Of a stretch of DNA of 40,545 nt, positions 38,076 through 40,545 are shown one piece after another. The stretch lies in IMG/VR virus record IMGVR_UViG_3300006105_000042, positions 1 through 40,545 of that record; one strand, given 5' to 3'. The translations under genes were made by a program, and so were the position numbers. The notes under the pieces were generated by a model. That model worked only from the letters and a program-made list of their open reading frames with translations. It was not told the DNA's origin and made no database searches. The stretch comes from a virus. Its lineage: Duplodnaviria > Caudoviricetes. Every line of letters begins with the position of its first letter. The stretch's first letter is position 1.

Positions 38076-38139
38076 TAGTTAATTTTGTAAATCCGTAAAT
38101 ACTTATACGATCATTAACCTTTTAATATATGAGATCATT

Positions 38140-39090
38140 ATGCAACCTTCGGATCTTCATGTTGTTACTTGCATTTCAAATCCTATTATGTGGAAATCAA
38201 GAATTGCTTTAGCAGATATTGCTATTAAAAGTTGGTTAAAAGCTGGTGTAAGCATTACTTTAGTAGAATGCGCTTTTGGAGATCGACCACACGATCTAGA
38301 ATATCTTACTGAACTTGGTGTTAATCATCTTGGTGTAAGAGCTAAAACATTAGTGTGGAATAAAGAAAATCTTTTAAACCTTGGCTTAACACGTCTTCCA
38401 GATGATGCCAAGTACATTGCATTCTTAGATGCAGATATCCTTTTCAGAAAAGATACATGGGCCTTGGATACTCTTAATGCCTTACAAATTTATCCAGTAG
38501 TTCAACCTTGGTCATATGCATATGATCTTGGTCCTGCAGATGCTCATATGCAAGTTCATAAAAGCTTTGCTTCTATATTCCATGCTGGACTTCCTGTAGT
38601 TCCTGAGGGAGCAAACTTCTGGAAATTTAATAGCGGACCATATGATTACCCACATCCTGGTTATGCATGGGCCTGGAGAAGAGAAGCTCTAGATGCGGTT
38701 GGTGGACTTATTGAGTTTGCCGCCATGGGTTCTGGTGACCATCATATGGCTCTGTGTTTAGTTGGATCTTGGGAAAGAAGCATTCCAAAGGTAGCCCATG
38801 ATAGCTATAAGCAGCTATTACAAGCATGGCAAGTACGAGCTACTAAGGCTATCAATTTTAAGATTGGTTATGTACCTGGTACTATTGAACATATGTTCCA
38901 TGGCCGTAAAGGCAATCGTGGATATATTTCAAGATGGGATATGTTCATGATGCATGAGTTTAATCCTCTTCTTGACATCATAAAGAATAGCCATGGCGTA
39001 GTTGAATTTGCTGGTAATAAGCCAGATTTGGAAAGACATTTTGATAATTATCTTCGTAATAGAGAAGAAGACGTCAACACAATAACCTAA
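38140..39090 (+). CDS. GT-A fold glycosyltransferase-like protein
   Basis: WNKENLLNLG, DxD motif IAFLDADILF, GSGD and H-x-F-H; the only + strand gene in a - strand block. Confidence 0.7.
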   Translation: MQPSDLHVVTCISNPIMWKSRIALADIAIKSWLKAGVSITLVECAFGDRPHDLEYLTELGVNHLGVRAKTLVWNKENLLNLGLTRLPDDAKYIAFLDADILFRKDTWALDTLNALQIYPVVQPWSYAYDLGPADAHMQVHKSFASIFHAGLPVVPEGANFWKFNSGPYDYPHPGYAWAWRREALDAVGGLIEFAAMGSGDHHMALCLVGSWERSIPKVAHDSYKQLLQAWQVRATKAINFKIGYVPGTIEHMFHGRKGNRGYISRWDMFMMHEFNPLLDIIKNSHGVVEFAGNKPDLERHFDNYLRNREEDVNTIT

Positions 39091-39465
39091 TTACTTTAGG
39101 TCATCATTTCTTAGATCAATTTCTGCTTGTAGCCGCTTGATTTCTTCGTGCATTTTATCTACAGTACCTCTATCAACAATAGAGTTATGCAGATCCATAA
39201 ATCCACATTTCATTCCTATGGCATAAGAAGACATATCAAAACCAAACACATCATACAGCACCCAACGATAAGTGCCATGGTCATTAAGTTCTCCTTGAAC
39301 GAGTCTCTTGACTACCGAATAGAACATCGATAGTTGAGTGTCATGATCAAGTGCATTCCATTTTGCATCTTGTTCTTCATCATAAGTCTTTTCCCATTCC
39401 ATTTGGAGACGAGTCAGTTCTTGCCATTCAGGACTATCCAACAGTTCAGTAATTTTATTGGTCAT
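39091..39465 (-). CDS. Hypothetical protein
   Basis: 124 aa; G-x-YRWVLYDVFGF...G-x-MDLHN; overlaps the upstream gene. Confidence 0.7.
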   Translation of the reverse strand: MTNKITELLDSPEWQELTRLQMEWEKTYDEEQDAKWNALDHDTQLSMFYSVVKRLVQGELNDHGTYRWVLYDVFGFDMSSYAIGMKCGFMDLHNSIVDRGTVDKMHEEIKRLQAEIDLRNDDLK

Positions 39466-39649
39466 GATTAATCACCATTGCCCAAGCTTGAAGAGAAGGT
39501 TCATAATAACTGATATTGGCCGAATATGTTGGCTTTTGTCTTACAAAGTTTCTAACCTCATCATAAGAATTGAAATAAAGAATTTCTTTAGTTTCAACTT
39601 CTTCAAGATCAATTTCTGCAATATCAACTACATCATTCATAGTGTTCAT
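39455..39649 (-). CDS. Hypothetical protein
   Basis: 64 aa; TAATG-coupled to the peptidase, SD GGAG. Confidence 0.6.
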   Translation of the reverse strand: MNTMNDVVDIAEIDLEEVETKEILYFNSYDEVRNFVRQKPTYSANISYYEPSLQAWAMVINHDQ

Positions 39650-40113
39650 TAGAATTTTCTCCCATTGTTAGACATGTATTCGAGATATAACGTACGTTCT
39701 TTATCGAAAGCTTCAATTTCCCATGGCAGAGACATATAGTCTGCACCATCATTGTCGCAATGCCTTCTGCTGCCTTGCCAGACAACAAGATCCGGATATG
39801 AAAGAAGATCTTTAAGTTCACCCTTAGCGTATTGCTTTACGTGAACCATTTCATGAGCAAGAGTTTGTTCAATAGGATCATCTGCCATATCCGGATTAAT
39901 AGTAATAGCAAATTCTTTTGGTCGACGAGGTTCATCCAACCATGTACACAAACCGGCATATGGAATGTCAGTCTTAAATCTAACAAAGACAGTCAGACTA
40001 TCAGACAATCGGTGTGTCATAAGTTTACTGGCATAAAACTTCATCGCAGAAATAACTTTCGAGCGAGTTACCATACCATTAGTGTTTTTGATGTTATAGA
40101 TATGTATTTTCAT
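39649..40113 (-). CDS. Zincin-like metallopeptidase
   Basis: TLAHEMVHVKQY (HExxH) and a downstream PWEIEA; SD GGAGG. Confidence 0.82.
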   Translation of the reverse strand: MKIHIYNIKNTNGMVTRSKVISAMKFYASKLMTHRLSDSLTVFVRFKTDIPYAGLCTWLDEPRRPKEFAITINPDMADDPIEQTLAHEMVHVKQYAKGELKDLLSYPDLVVWQGSRRHCDNDGADYMSLPWEIEAFDKERTLYLEYMSNNGRKF

Positions 40114-40132
40114 ATGATACCTCCGTTAATTC

Positions 40133-40161
40133 ATTATACCACGGAGACGAATTAATGTAAA
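40133..40161 (-). promoter_or_regulatory. Early promoter
   Basis: (G)TTTACA-17 bp-TATAAT with an extended TG. Confidence 0.8.
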
Positions 40162-40168
40162 CTAGGTT

Positions 40169-40333
40169 TTATAGAAAATTTACAACCGTCAGATAAATTC
40201 CAACAAAATTGCTTAGCATAAACACCACACAGGCTAGCTTTCCCATACCGGTATTAGAATATTTTCCAGCTTCATAAAACATTGCAGCATTAGAAGCAAA
40301 TATGAGAAGAAGCGCAATGGGAACAAGCTTCAT
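40169..40333 (-). CDS. Small two-TM membrane protein
   Basis: MKLVPIALLL...; ATGA overlap with the upstream gene; two hydrophobic segments. Confidence 0.6.
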   Translation of the reverse strand: MKLVPIALLLIFASNAAMFYEAGKYSNTGMGKLACVVFMLSNFVGIYLTVVNFL

Positions 40334-40545
40334 CCCGTGGGTTCTTCCTTCTTGATCTTTGGATTGCCCCACAGATCATTGGCACGAACCTTAATATGAC
40401 GACGGTTAGTAGCATTCTTATCTGGGTTTTCAATGGTTACCCAAGGGTTCTGAAGCTTCTTCCAAGCATCATGAATAAACTCAAGCTTCTCGAGACGAGT
40501 ACGATCTGCCCGAACTGCCTGGGTAATACCACGAGAAACAGAACT
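40330..40545 (-). CDS. Hypothetical basic protein (5' truncated by window edge), missed by the ORF track
   Basis: Open frame ...AWKKLQNPWVTIENPDKNATNRRHIKVRANDLWGNPKIKKEEPTG*. Confidence 0.7.
   Translation of the reverse strand, partial: SSVSRGITQAVRADRTRLEKLEFIHDAWKKLQNPWVTIENPDKNATNRRHIKVRANDLWGNPKIKKEEPTG

Noticed and set aside
1-40545. Stop-codon reassignment and tRNA genes
   Set aside because: Core genes are full length in the standard code and end with TAA, TGA or TAG. No cloverleaf is recognisable in the short intergenic gaps.

Overview
A 40.5-kb, AT-rich segment of a large T4-like (Tevenvirinae-related) myophage genome. The host is probably Gram-negative, because a spanin pair is present. 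On the + strand (1-10.2 kb) is the canonical late morphogenesis block: terminase gp17 (partial), sheath gp18, tube gp19, portal gp20, a gp67-like protein, a core protein, protease gp21, scaffold gp22 and major capsid gp23. It has T4-type late promoters (TATAAATA) and ends in a GAAA-loop terminator. The rest is almost entirely on the - strand. It holds a GIY-YIG nuclease, nrdB, nrdA, thyX and primase gp61; a lysis cassette (holin candidate plus an o-spanin embedded in the i-spanin); about 10 kb of modular fibre/adhesin genes sharing N- and C-terminal modules; and a late cluster of probable head-internal polyproteins with Dps, an HxGH nucleotidyltransferase, an RNA-ligase-like KxDG protein and a PD-(D/E)XK-like nuclease. 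Further along are a pyrimidine-dimer-glycosylase-family gene with a probable AUU start, a lone + strand glycosyltransferase and an HExxH peptidase. The most notable signals are the putative virion-packaged ligase/nucleotidyltransferase/nuclease/Dps cluster, promoter-overlapping hairpins that would gate translation by transcript start site, and the nested spanins. All product calls come from motif recognition by eye; no searches were run.
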